From Thermoplasmata archaeon (GTDB taxonomy: Archaea > Thermoplasmatota > Thermoplasmata > Lutacidiplasmatales > UBA184), in assembly GCA_027315165.1 (NCBI GenBank), contig DAHUYN010000007.1, positions 10,260-74,259 on the forward strand: 64,000 nucleotides of DNA, in the 5' to 3' direction. A program made the translations under genes and the position numbers. Below the pieces are notes generated by a model. That model worked only from the letters and a program-made list of their open reading frames with translations, was not told the origin of the DNA and did no database searches. Shown here in pieces: positions 17,562-27,000 of the stretch (positions are counted from its first letter, which is position 1; every line of letters begins with the position of its first letter).

Positions 17562-18453
17562 GCGGCTCCTCCGCGTACCGGCCCGTTCGGTGGAGGGTGA
17601 GGAGCCGTTCGATCCGCTCGACGACCTGGGCCCGCCCCCCGCGGCCGGAGGCGCCGGCGAAGCGGACCGCGCCGGGGACGGGGCTCGTGAACGCGAGGTC
17701 GGCCGACTTGGCGAGGGCCCGTGCGAGCGCGAGCGGCCGCCGCGTCCGCTCCGCCGCCTCGACGTCGGCGCGGAACTCCTCGTGTCGGGTGAGCACCGCG
17801 ACGACGTAGCCGATCACCGGGTCCCAGCGCATCAGCCGCGCCAGGGTCCGCAGGTAGGTGAGGTAGCGGCCGTCGAGGCTCAGGAGATGGCCGACCTCGT
17901 GGGCCAGGACGGCGTCGCGCTCCTCGGGGGTCAGCCGCCGCAGCAGCTCCCGCGAGAGCAGGATGACCTCGTGCCGTCGCGGCCGTCCGTGCGGGCCGAC
18001 CTCGACGAGCGCGAAGGAGAACGCCTCGAGCCGACCGGAGTCGAACGTCCGCAGGGAGATCCGCCGCGAGGGCATCGGCAGGCTGCCCGGCCACGGGAGC
18101 GGCGTCGGGCGGAGCACGGTGAGCAGGCCGCGCCCGACGACCTGGTTGAGGAGGAAGACGGCGGTGAGCAGGCCGAACGCCCCGACGGCGCCCTCGAGCC
18201 AGACCGGCAGCGCCGCGGGCGCGAAGAGCCCGAGCGGCCGCTCCGCGAGCGAGACGACCGCGGCGAGGCCGCCGTGGGTGAGGACCCAGGCGAGCGTCGT
18301 CGTCGCGAGGACCGCCCAGAGGGCGAGGAACACGGACGCCACCCGCAGCAGGACCGGGGCGCGGGCGCGGCGCAGCGCGACCGCGAAGGTCCCGGCCAGC
18401 GCCGCCCACAGCGCGACCGGGACGACCAGGAGCTCGGCTACGGGAGGGCCCAT
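17548..18453 (-). CDS. M48/M56-family membrane zinc metallopeptidase (BlaR1-like, without a sensor domain)
   Basis: 301 aa with 4 N-terminal TM helices, then an HEXXH zinc site (AHEVGHL) in an M56/M48-like context. It lies directly downstream of a BlaI-family repressor gene. Confidence 0.7.
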   Translation of the reverse strand: MGPPVAELLVVPVALWAALAGTFAVALRRARAPVLLRVASVFLALWAVLATTTLAWVLTHGGLAAVVSLAERPLGLFAPAALPVWLEGAVGAFGLLTAVFLLNQVVGRGLLTVLRPTPLPWPGSLPMPSRRISLRTFDSGRLEAFSFALVEVGPHGRPRRHEVILLSRELLRRLTPEERDAVLAHEVGHLLSLDGRYLTYLRTLARLMRWDPVIGYVVAVLTRHEEFRADVEAAERTRRPLALARALAKSADLAFTSPVPGAVRFAGASGRGGRAQVVERIERLLTLHRTGRYAEEPRGPA

Positions 18454-18456
18454 CCG

Positions 18457-18828
18457 CTAGGGGGAACCCGCTCGGAGCTTAAGGCGGCGCCGCCCTTGGC
18501 GACCCCCGCCCGGGCCCTTCCGGGCCAGCTCCTCGTTGAGATGGACGACGCCGACGGGGCCGAACAGTTCGACGACCCCCTCGAGGAGGCTGCGCAGGTA
18601 GCGCCGCTCGAAGTCCGCGGCCCGATAGACGAACCGCTCTCCGCCCCGGCACGCCTCGCGCCGTCGGCGGACCATCCCCTTCTGGTGGAGCCGCGCGAGG
18701 ATCGTCGCGACGGTCGTGTAGGCGACGTCGATCCCGCGGCGGTCGAGCTCCTCCCGCACCGCGCGGGCCGGAGCCTCCGAGAGCGCCGACAGCGCGAGGA
18801 GCACCTCCGACTCAAGCGGACCGAGCAT
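18457..18828 (-). CDS. BlaI/MecI/CopY-family winged-helix transcriptional repressor
   Basis: 123 aa. The N-terminal HTH is LGPLESEVLLALSALSEAPARAVREELDRRGIDVAYTTVATILARLHQKGMVRRR, characteristic of Penicillinase_R/BlaI. Confidence 0.75.
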   Translation of the reverse strand: MLGPLESEVLLALSALSEAPARAVREELDRRGIDVAYTTVATILARLHQKGMVRRRREACRGGERFVYRAADFERRYLRSLLEGVVELFGPVGVVHLNEELARKGPGGGRQGRRRLKLRAGSP

Positions 18829-18905
18829 GGGCCGACCGGACGCCGCGCCCAGCGGGGCGTCCCGCTATAATCGTGCGGTTGGAATCGCACATACTTGCTC
18901 CCCCA

Positions 18906-18916
18906 AGGGTATATGG
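18906..18916 (+). promoter_or_regulatory. BRE/TATA-like element (AAGGGTATATGG) upstream of the CBS-CGL-cysS operon
   Basis: The only A/T-rich patch in the divergent intergenic region between blaI-like and CBS. It is 22 nt upstream of the candidate GTG start at 18938. Confidence 0.4.
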
Positions 18917-18937
18917 GCATCTCCGAATGGGCCGGGC

Positions 18938-20341
18938 GTGCCGGCGCCAAGGGAGAGGACCCCCGAGTCGATCCTGGACCTGATCGGCAACACGCCCGTC
19001 GTCCCCCTGCGTCGCGTCGGTCGCCACCTGCCGTACAAGATCCTCGCCAAGCTCGAGTTCCTCAACCCGGGCGGCTCGGTCAAGGACCGGATCGGCGTCC
19101 GGATGGTCGCGGAGGCGGAGCGGGACGGCCGGTTGGCGCCGGGGGCCACGATCGTCGAGGCGACGAGCGGCAACACGGGGGTCGGCCTCGCCCTCGTCGC
19201 GGCGGTCCGGGGCTACCGGATGGTCTTCGTCCTCCCCGACAAGATGAGCACCGAGAAGATCCGGCTCCTCCGGGCCTTCGGGGCACGGGTCGTCGTGACG
19301 CCGAGCCAGCTCCCCCCGGATCACCCGATGAGCCACTACTCGGTCGCGCGCCGGCTCGCCAAGGAGATCCCTGGCGCCTACTACCCCAACCAGTACGAGA
19401 ACCCCGGCAACCCCGATGCGCACTACGAGACGACCGGGCCCGAGATCGACCGACAGGGCGGTCCCGAGCTCGGCGCGGTCATCGCGACGATCGGTACCGG
19501 CGGGACCGTGAGCGGCATCGGCCGCTACTTCAAGGAGCACCGGCCCTCGGTGCGCGTCGTCGCCGTCGACCCGAAGGGCTCCGTCCTCGGCCCGTACTTC
19601 CGCACGAAGAAGCTCGGCCCCGCGACGCCGTACCTCGTCGAGGGGATCGGAGAGGACATGATCCCGAGGACCGTCCACTTCCAGTACCTCGACGAGTTCG
19701 TCGAGGTCGACGACCGGGAGTCGTTCCAGATGGCGCGCCGGCTCGCGCGCGAGGAGGGGCTCTTCGTCGGCGGCTCCTCCGGCTCCGCGGTCGCCGGGGC
19801 CCTGCGGTGGCTCGCGACCCGCCCGCTCCCCGAAGGAGCCACGGTCGTCGTGATCCTGCCCGACTCGGGGGACCGGTACCTCTCCAAGTTCTACTCCGAC
19901 GACTGGCTCCGCGAGAAGGGCCACCTCGACGCGGACGCGACCGCCGGCGACCTCCTCGAGGCCAAGGAGTTCCACCCGCCCCTCGTCTTCGTCGAGCGGA
20001 CCACCGTCGTGCGCGAGGCGCTCGCGCTCCTGCGCCAGCACGGGATCTCGCAGCTACCGGTGCTCGCCGGCCACGACAACGTCGGCTCCGTCTACGAGGA
20101 CGAGATCCTCCGCGCCATCCTCGAGGACCACACCGTCCTCGAGCGGACCGTCACGACCGTCCTCGGACCCCGCTTCGGAGAGGTCACGCGCGACGCGCCG
20201 ATGGGCGAGCTCGTCCGACGGCTCCGCGAGGAGCGCGCCGTCCTCGTGCGCGACCCCGGGTCGGGGGCGCTCGTCGGCCTCCTCACCCGGCACGACCTTC
20301 TCTCCTACCTCTCCCACAAGGGATCCGACCATGCGCTTTGA
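18938..20341 (+). CDS. cystathionine beta-synthase (PLP fold-type II catalytic domain plus C-terminal CBS-pair)
   Basis: ORF frame 18827..20341. PLP-binding SVKDRIG lysine motif, a cysteine synthase/CBS core, and a C-terminal tandem CBS domain. The start is uncertain: GTG at 18938 is about 22 nt downstream of a TATA-like GTATATGG (leaderless), and ATG 18827 is the alternative. Confidence 0.85.
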   Translation: MPAPRERTPESILDLIGNTPVVPLRRVGRHLPYKILAKLEFLNPGGSVKDRIGVRMVAEAERDGRLAPGATIVEATSGNTGVGLALVAAVRGYRMVFVLPDKMSTEKIRLLRAFGARVVVTPSQLPPDHPMSHYSVARRLAKEIPGAYYPNQYENPGNPDAHYETTGPEIDRQGGPELGAVIATIGTGGTVSGIGRYFKEHRPSVRVVAVDPKGSVLGPYFRTKKLGPATPYLVEGIGEDMIPRTVHFQYLDEFVEVDDRESFQMARRLAREEGLFVGGSSGSAVAGALRWLATRPLPEGATVVVILPDSGDRYLSKFYSDDWLREKGHLDADATAGDLLEAKEFHPPLVFVERTTVVREALALLRQHGISQLPVLAGHDNVGSVYEDEILRAILEDHTVLERTVTTVLGPRFGEVTRDAPMGELVRRLREERAVLVRDPGSGALVGLLTRHDLLSYLSHKGSDHAL

Positions 20342-21476
20342 CACGAAGCTGATCCACGCGGCCCAACCGCCCGACCCCCTCACGGGGGCGGTGAACGCGC
20401 CAATCTACCTCTCGAGCACGTTCGCGCAGTCCGCGCCGAACGTGAGCAAGGGCTACGTCTACGGCCGGTCGGGGAATCCGACGCGCACCGTCCTCGAGTC
20501 GGCGCTCGCGGCGGTCGAGTCCGGCACCCGCGGCCTCGCCTTCTCCTCGGGTCTCGGGGCGCTCACGACCCTCCTCGAGCAGTTCCCGACGGGCTCGCGC
20601 CTCGTCGCGGGGGACGACCTCTACGGCGGCACCTACCGGCTCTTCGAGCACCACCGACGGCAGTTCGGCCTCGTCGTCGACTACGTCGACACGACCCAAG
20701 CCTCGATTGTGCGCGACGCGCTCGACGCGGCGAAGACGGACCTCCTGTATCTGGAGTCGCCGACGAACCCGCTCCTGCGGCTCACCGACCTCAAGAGCGC
20801 CGCCCGGCTCGCGCACGCGCGCGGAGCGCTCGTCGCCGTCGACAACACGTTCGCCTCGCCGGCCCTGCAGCGGCCGATCGAGCTCGGCGCCGACCTCGTG
20901 CTCCACTCGACGACGAAGTACCTCGGCGGCCACTCGGACATCATCGGCGGCGCGCTCGTCGTCGCGGACGCGAAGCTCGGCGAGCGGTTCGCCTGGCTGC
21001 AGAACGCCGTCGGGGCGGTGCCGAGCCCGGTCGACTGCTTCCTGGTCCTCCGCGGGCTCCACACCCTCGGGATCCGGATGCGCGCCCACAGCGCGAGCGC
21101 GAAGGCCGTCGCGGAGGTCCTCGAGGGCCACCCCAAGGTCGCGCGCGTCCACTACCCCGGGCTCGCGAGCCACCCGCAGCACCGTCTCGCGCGACGCCAG
21201 ATGGACGGCTTCGGAGGGATGGTCAGCGTCGAGCTCGCGGGCGGGTTCGGCGCGGCGCGGCGGTTCCTCAAGCGGCTCGCGGTCTTCACGCTCGCCGAGA
21301 GCCTCGGCGGCGTCGAGTCGCTCGTCGACCACCCGGCGTCGATGACCCACGCGTCGGTCCCGAAGGCCGAGCGGGAGGCCCACGGGGTCACCGACGGCCT
21401 CCTCCGGCTCTCCTGCGGCATCGAGGACCCGGCCGACCTCGCGGACGACGTGCGGAACGCGCTCAGAGGAGCGTAG
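20331..21476 (+). CDS. cystathionine gamma-lyase / gamma-synthase family (Cys/Met-metabolism PLP enzyme)
   Basis: 381 aa. The Cys_Met_Meta_PP family lysine region is TTKYLGGHSDIIGG. It overlaps the CBS gene by 11 nt. Confidence 0.85.
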   Translation: MRFDTKLIHAAQPPDPLTGAVNAPIYLSSTFAQSAPNVSKGYVYGRSGNPTRTVLESALAAVESGTRGLAFSSGLGALTTLLEQFPTGSRLVAGDDLYGGTYRLFEHHRRQFGLVVDYVDTTQASIVRDALDAAKTDLLYLESPTNPLLRLTDLKSAARLAHARGALVAVDNTFASPALQRPIELGADLVLHSTTKYLGGHSDIIGGALVVADAKLGERFAWLQNAVGAVPSPVDCFLVLRGLHTLGIRMRAHSASAKAVAEVLEGHPKVARVHYPGLASHPQHRLARRQMDGFGGMVSVELAGGFGAARRFLKRLAVFTLAESLGGVESLVDHPASMTHASVPKAEREAHGVTDGLLRLSCGIEDPADLADDVRNALRGA

Positions 21477-21478
21477 CC

Positions 21479-22924
21479 GTGCGGCGGTTCCGCCTCTACG
21501 ACACGCGGACGCGACAGACGCGGCCGTTCGTGCCGCTCACGCCGCCCCGGGTCGGGCTGTTCTTCTGCGGGCTCACCCCGTACGCCGACGCGCACATCGG
21601 CCACGCGAAGGGGGCCGTCACGTTCGACGTCCTGGTCCGCGCGCTCCGGCGCTGGGGGTACCGGCCGTTCTACCTCCAGAACGTGACGAACCTCGACGAC
21701 CGGCTGATCGCCCGAGGCGCCGAGGAGGGCGTCGACCCGATGACGCTCGCCGACCGCCACTTCCGCCGCTGGCTCGAGGCGATGGAAGAGCTCCGCGTGA
21801 CGACGGTGAACTACTACCCGCACGCGACGGACTACCTGCCCGAGATCCTCGCGCAGGTCGGCGCGCTCGTCGACAAGGGCTTTGCCTACGTCTCCGACGG
21901 GAGCGTCTACTACTCCGTCGCGAAGTTCCCCCACTACGGAGAGCTCTCGGGCCAGCGGTCGGAGGCGCTGCGCCCCGGCGCGCGCCTCGAGGTCGACCCG
22001 AGCAAGCGCTCGCCGGAGGACTTCGTCCTGTGGAAGGCGGCCACGCCGGGAGAGCCGACGTGGGAGAGCCCGTGGGGCCCGGGCCGCCCGGGCTGGCACA
22101 TCGAGGACACGGCGATCACCGCGCGCCTGCTCGGGAACCGCTACGACATCCACGGCGGAGGCCTCGACTTGGCCTTCCCCCACCACGAGGCGGAGATCGC
22201 GCAGGCCGAGGCGGCGACCGGCGAGGCGCCGCTCGTGAACTTCTGGATGCACGTCGGCCTCCTCACGCTCAAGGGCGAGAAGATGTCCAAGTCCCTCGGC
22301 AACGTCGTCTCGCTCGACGAGAACCTCGAGACGTTCGGCGGAGAGGTCGTCCGGTTCTACTACCTCAACGTCCACTACCGCGGCCCCCTCGACTACGTGC
22401 CGGGGAAGAGCCTCGAGGAGGCTCGAGAGGCCTACGAAACGCTCTCGGCCCCGAGCGCGGCGCTCGACGCCGCCCTCGGCGCTGCGCCCCCCGACGGGGG
22501 CGAGGAGCTGCCCGAGGCCCTCGCGCTCGAGGCGGCCGCGAAGGTCGAGCGGCTCGACGAGCTCCTCGCCGACGACTTCCGCACGCGCGAGGCGATCGCC
22601 GAGCTGTTCACCTGGGGGCGCACCGTCTCGAGCTCGCTCGAGCGGGCCGAGCCCCTCTCGGCCGCCGCGCTCGCCCAGCTCGCCCTCCCCTACGACTGGG
22701 GCCGCGAGGTCCTCGGCCTGTTCGAGCCCCTGCGCGAGGGCCCGGGCGCCGACGCCCTGCGCGGCGCCGTCGCGGCGGCGATCTCGGCCCGGGCCCGCGC
22801 CAGGGCGCGGGGCGACTACGGAGAGGCGGACCGGATCCGCTCCGAGCTGGCCGCCGCCGGGCTCGTCCTCGAGGACCGAGCCGGTCGGACCTCCTGGCGG
22901 GCCGCGCGGGTGGGCCCGCGATGA
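21479..22924 (+). CDS. cysS: cysteinyl-tRNA synthetase
   Basis: 481 aa class I aaRS with HIGH (HIGHAKG) and KMSKS motifs. The zinc/cysteine-binding architecture is typical of CysRS. Confidence 0.9.
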   Translation: MRRFRLYDTRTRQTRPFVPLTPPRVGLFFCGLTPYADAHIGHAKGAVTFDVLVRALRRWGYRPFYLQNVTNLDDRLIARGAEEGVDPMTLADRHFRRWLEAMEELRVTTVNYYPHATDYLPEILAQVGALVDKGFAYVSDGSVYYSVAKFPHYGELSGQRSEALRPGARLEVDPSKRSPEDFVLWKAATPGEPTWESPWGPGRPGWHIEDTAITARLLGNRYDIHGGGLDLAFPHHEAEIAQAEAATGEAPLVNFWMHVGLLTLKGEKMSKSLGNVVSLDENLETFGGEVVRFYYLNVHYRGPLDYVPGKSLEEAREAYETLSAPSAALDAALGAAPPDGGEELPEALALEAAAKVERLDELLADDFRTREAIAELFTWGRTVSSSLERAEPLSAAALAQLALPYDWGREVLGLFEPLREGPGADALRGAVAAAISARARARARGDYGEADRIRSELAAAGLVLEDRAGRTSWRAARVGPR

Positions 22925-23961
22925 GGGGCTTCGGGTTCACCGAGCACGGAGGGCTCGAGCGACTCGGGTTCGTCGACGTCCCCGAGCCGGTGCCGGGTCC
23001 CGGAGAGGTCCGGGTCGCGCTCCGCGCCGCCGCGTTCAACCGGCTCGACCGGTTCGTCCTCGCCGGCATTCCGGGCGTACCCGTCGAGAGGCCGCACGTC
23101 CTCGGCTCGGATGGCGCCGGTGTCGTCGACCGGGTCGGCCCCGGGGTCACCGAGGTCGCCGAGGGTACGCCCGTGCTCCTCAACCCGGGGATGTGGGACG
23201 GTACCTGCGACGCCTGTGCCCGACACGACGAGGCGCTCTGTCGCAACTACCGGATCGTCGGCGAGCACACCCAGGGGACCGCCGCCCCCTCCGTGGTCGT
23301 CCCGGCCCGCAACGTTCACCCAAAGCCGGCCCGGCTCGGCTTCGTCGAGGCGGCCGCGGCCCCGCTCGTGTACGAGACCGCCTGGCGCGCCCTCGTCACG
23401 GTCGCCGCCGTCCGGCCGGGCGAGACCGTCGCCGTGATCGGCGCGGGCGGCGGGACGACGATCGCGGCGCTCCAGGTGGCGCGCGCGAGGGGCGCCCGGG
23501 TCGTCGTCGTCACGCGCTCCGCCCCAAAGGCCGAGAGGGCCCTCGCGCTCGGCGCCGAGGCGGCGCTCGTCACCGACGACGACCACCCCCACGACCGGCT
23601 CCTGTGGGAGTGGAGCGGACGCAAGGGCGTCGAGGTCGTGTTCGACTCCGTCGGTCGGAGCACGCTCCCGCGCTCGGTCAAGGCGCTCGCCCGCGGGGGC
23701 CGTGTGGTCGTGATCGGCGCGACGAGCGGCCCGATTGCGGAGATCGACCTCCGCACGCTGTTCTGGCGACAGGCCTCGATCCGGGGGAGCACGATGGCCT
23801 CGAAGGCCGAGTTCCTCGAGGTCCTCGGCGAGCTCGCGCGCGGCTCCCTCGTCCCCGTCGTCGACTCCGTCCACGACCTCGACAACGCCGTCGCGGCGTT
23901 CGAGCGCTTCGAATCGGCCGACCGGTTCGGGAAGGTCGTCCTGCAGATCCCGGCGCTCTAG
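22921..23961 (+). CDS. zinc-type alcohol dehydrogenase / quinone oxidoreductase (MDR superfamily)
   Basis: 346-aa ORF. The ATG at 22921 overlaps the cysS stop (ATGA). GroES-like N-terminal domain plus a Rossmann NAD(P) motif VIGAGGGTTIAALQVA. Confidence 0.75.
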   Translation: MRGFGFTEHGGLERLGFVDVPEPVPGPGEVRVALRAAAFNRLDRFVLAGIPGVPVERPHVLGSDGAGVVDRVGPGVTEVAEGTPVLLNPGMWDGTCDACARHDEALCRNYRIVGEHTQGTAAPSVVVPARNVHPKPARLGFVEAAAAPLVYETAWRALVTVAAVRPGETVAVIGAGGGTTIAALQVARARGARVVVVTRSAPKAERALALGAEAALVTDDDHPHDRLLWEWSGRKGVEVVFDSVGRSTLPRSVKALARGGRVVVIGATSGPIAEIDLRTLFWRQASIRGSTMASKAEFLEVLGELARGSLVPVVDSVHDLDNAVAAFERFESADRFGKVVLQIPAL

Positions 23962-24051
23962 CGAGGCGTCGCGGGGCCGCGGACCCGCCCGCCCTCGGCC
24001 TCGGGGGCGACGGTCCGGGGGCCGGGCGGCCGCGAACCCACTGCCCGATGG

Positions 24052-24059
24052 TTTTTATA
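24052..24059 (+). promoter_or_regulatory. TATA box (TTTTTATA) for a leaderless transcript of the giant surface-protein gene
   Basis: An A/T octamer in otherwise 70% GC DNA, 26 nt upstream of the GTG start at 24085. Confidence 0.5.
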
Positions 24060-24084
24060 CCGGGAGTCCGCCTTAATTGCGAGC

Positions 24085-27000
24085 GTGGACCGTTTTCGGC
24101 GTACCCTCCCCACTCGCGGAGGGACGCGGCCCTCCTCTGGTCGAACGCTGCTGCCGCTGCTCCTCGGGCTGCTCGTGCTCGCCTCGCTCGGGCTCTCGTT
24201 CGCGGCGGTCCCGATGGCGCGCGCGGGGGCGGTGCCCTCCCCTCCGCTCGCCGCATCGGTCGCTCCCGCGGCGACCCTGCACGGGGACCTCATCGTCTCC
24301 GCGGCGAACTCGCCGTTCGTGATCTCCCCCGCCACGACCGGCAGCGCCCTCTACGCGCAGCAGGGGAACGTCACCGTCCTCGCGGGCGGCACCCTCATCG
24401 TCCGCGGTGAGACCCTCGACTTCGTCCAGTTCGTCGCCGACACGGGGACCCTCGCGAACCGGGTCGCCCACCTCTACCACTTCTCCGTCCAGGGGACGGT
24501 CTCGCTCGACAACTCGACGGTGACGACCGACACGGGCGTCATCAACGCCTACACGAAGCTCCTGTTCAACGTGAGCGCGGGCGGCAACGTCACGCTCGCC
24601 TCGAGCACCCTCGCCTTCCCCGGCTGGCTCGAGGTCAGTGGCGCCGGGGCCTCGATGACGCTCGAGAACAGCGCCATCACGCCGAACGCGGCGATCTCGC
24701 AGCTCAACGAGAACGTCTCGATCCTCGGCGACACCGTCTACGGCCCGTCGATCTCGGTCTCCGCGGGCGCGGCGCTGAACCTGTTCAACAGCACGGTCAG
24801 CGCGACGTACAAGGACAACCTCCTCTCCAGTGGCGTCCCCGGTCCGCTGCCCGTCACCGACGCGGGCCACTTCGCGCTCAACGTCTCGGGCGGCCAGACG
24901 CTCTCGAGCTGGCCGACCCCGACGGACTCCGAGAACGTGTCTCGCGCAATGCTCTACCCGACGTTCGCCGGCGGCACGATCTCGCTCACCTACTCGTCGA
25001 CCTCGGCAAGCGTCTCGACGGGCAGCACCTTCGGGTTCGCCGGGAACACCTACGCGCTCCCGACGATCGCCTTCGCCCCCGGAGGCGGCCTCGTCAACCT
25101 CTCGCTCCCCGCGAACGCCGTCACGGCGCTCAACGCGGCGGGGCCCCTCGGCTGGCTCGAGGCGACCGGCTCCTTCGACCAGGCCGGAACGATCCAGCTC
25201 GCGCTCGCGACGACGGGCCTCGCGTCGACGGTCGTCGTCGACTCGGCCACCGTCGCGCTCACGCCGGTGCTCTCCTACAACGTCACCGCGAGCGGCGCGG
25301 GCACGACGATCACCGCCGCCGACAGCAGCCTCGACCTCAACTGGAACCTCACGCCGGGCACCCCGGTCGCCTCGGGGATGCCGCCGACGCCCTGGTCGTC
25401 GAACAAGCTCCTGCTCAGCGGCGGCGCCGCCGCCTTCCTCGCGAGCGTCACGATCCCCGCGGGGCGCAGCTCCGTCTTCTTCGCGACCTCCGCGGTCCTC
25501 CCCGATGCCTCGAGCTCCGCCTACTTCTACCGGTGGGCCGCGATCCCCGTCACCTCGAACTCCGGGGTCGCGATCCCGGACGCGCAGGCGACCGCCTTCT
25601 ACTCCTACGACGCCTCCCAGAGCAGCAACGCGACGGCCACGGCCCTCAACAACCTCGCCTCGGCCGACCCCGCCCTCGCGACCTACGTCCAGCTCTGGGA
25701 CACCGTCCACGGGATCCCCGGCTACGGCCAGAGCGGGCCCAACGGCGATGCCTACCTCCTCCTCGCCTCGTCGGTCGTTGCCGAGCCGACGCTCCCCGAC
25801 GGGACGTACCTCGGCGGCTACCACGTCGCGCTCACCCTCTCCGGCGGCGGACAGGGCTCGACGCAGTGGGGCTACGTCTCCGTGATGCCGTACCCGATCG
25901 GGATGGCGCCGGCGACCCCGGACGTCCAGGCACCGTTCGTCTACACGAACTACGTCCCCGCGCTCGCCTTCACCTCGACGAGCCTCGTCGTCAACGGCCA
26001 GCCCGAGGCGAACGCGACGGTCGCGATCGGCCAGGTGATCACCTTCTCGAGCACGGTGACGAACGTCGGGACGGGCCCCGTCCAGTCGTTCACCGTGAAC
26101 CTCTCCTACGTCCTCCCGAGCCCGCTCGTCCCCCACCTCGTGGCCCCGACGCAGTCGTTCGGCCCTCTCGCGGTCGGCGCGCAGCAGACCGTTTCGCTCA
26201 GCTGGGTCGTCAACGAGTCGGTCACGGGCGACCACGGCTACTTCCACAACAACTTCGTCCTCACGACCTCCTGGAACGGGGGCGTCGCCCCGAACGGCGG
26301 CGTCGCGACGGACACGGTCTCGGTGCGGATCGCGCCGGCGTTGATCGCCGTCGCGTTCACGCCGCCGACCGGTGCCCTCTCGATGAACGTCGGCTACCCG
26401 GCGAACGGGAGCGTCATCTTCAACGGCTCGGGCGCCGCGGTCGTGAACATCACCGCGGTCGCGAGCGACGGCACGGAGTACCTCCTCACCTCCGCCGCCG
26501 AGACGAGCGGGTCGTTCAACCTCCCGCTCTACGTCCTCTCGAACATGCCGTCGGGGACCTACTCGATCGTCATCAACGCCACCTACAACGACCGCTCGGC
26601 GACGGCGACGATCCCCAACTCGTTCACGGTCGCGGGGGCTCCGGCGCCGGCGACGCCGTTCTGGCAGCAGAAGCTCTTGGGCCTCGAGGTCCTCTACTGG
26701 ATCCTCATCGCCGTCGCGGTCCTCGCGGGGATCCTCGCCTTCCTCTTCCTCGCGCGGCGGACGGCGCGCGGCAAGCTCGTCGAGTGCGGCGAGTGCGGCG
26801 CGCTGATCCCCGAGAACGCGACGCAGTGCCCGCAGTGCGGCGCCGAGTTCGAGCAGGACCTCGTCCGGTGCAGCCGATGCGGCGCGACGATCCCGGCGAA
26901 CTCCGCGGTCTGCCCCGAGTGCGCCGCCCAGCTCCTCGGCTCGCCCGACCAGGAGGCCCGCGACCCCGAGCGGCAGGGCTTCGCCGACGTGGTCGAGCGG

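Noticed and set aside
17299-20383. ORFs 17299..18870, 17321..18409, 18812..20041, 18895..20352 and 20054..20383
   Set aside because: Alternative-frame artefacts across the BlaR1-like, BlaI-like and CBS genes. The chosen frames carry the HEXXH, BlaI HTH and PLP-lysine motifs.
22030-22920. N-terminal 297 codons of ORF 22030..23961 preceding the alcohol dehydrogenase
   Set aside because: This is the R/G/P-rich alternative frame of cysS. The dehydrogenase starts at ATG 22921, overlapping the cysS stop.
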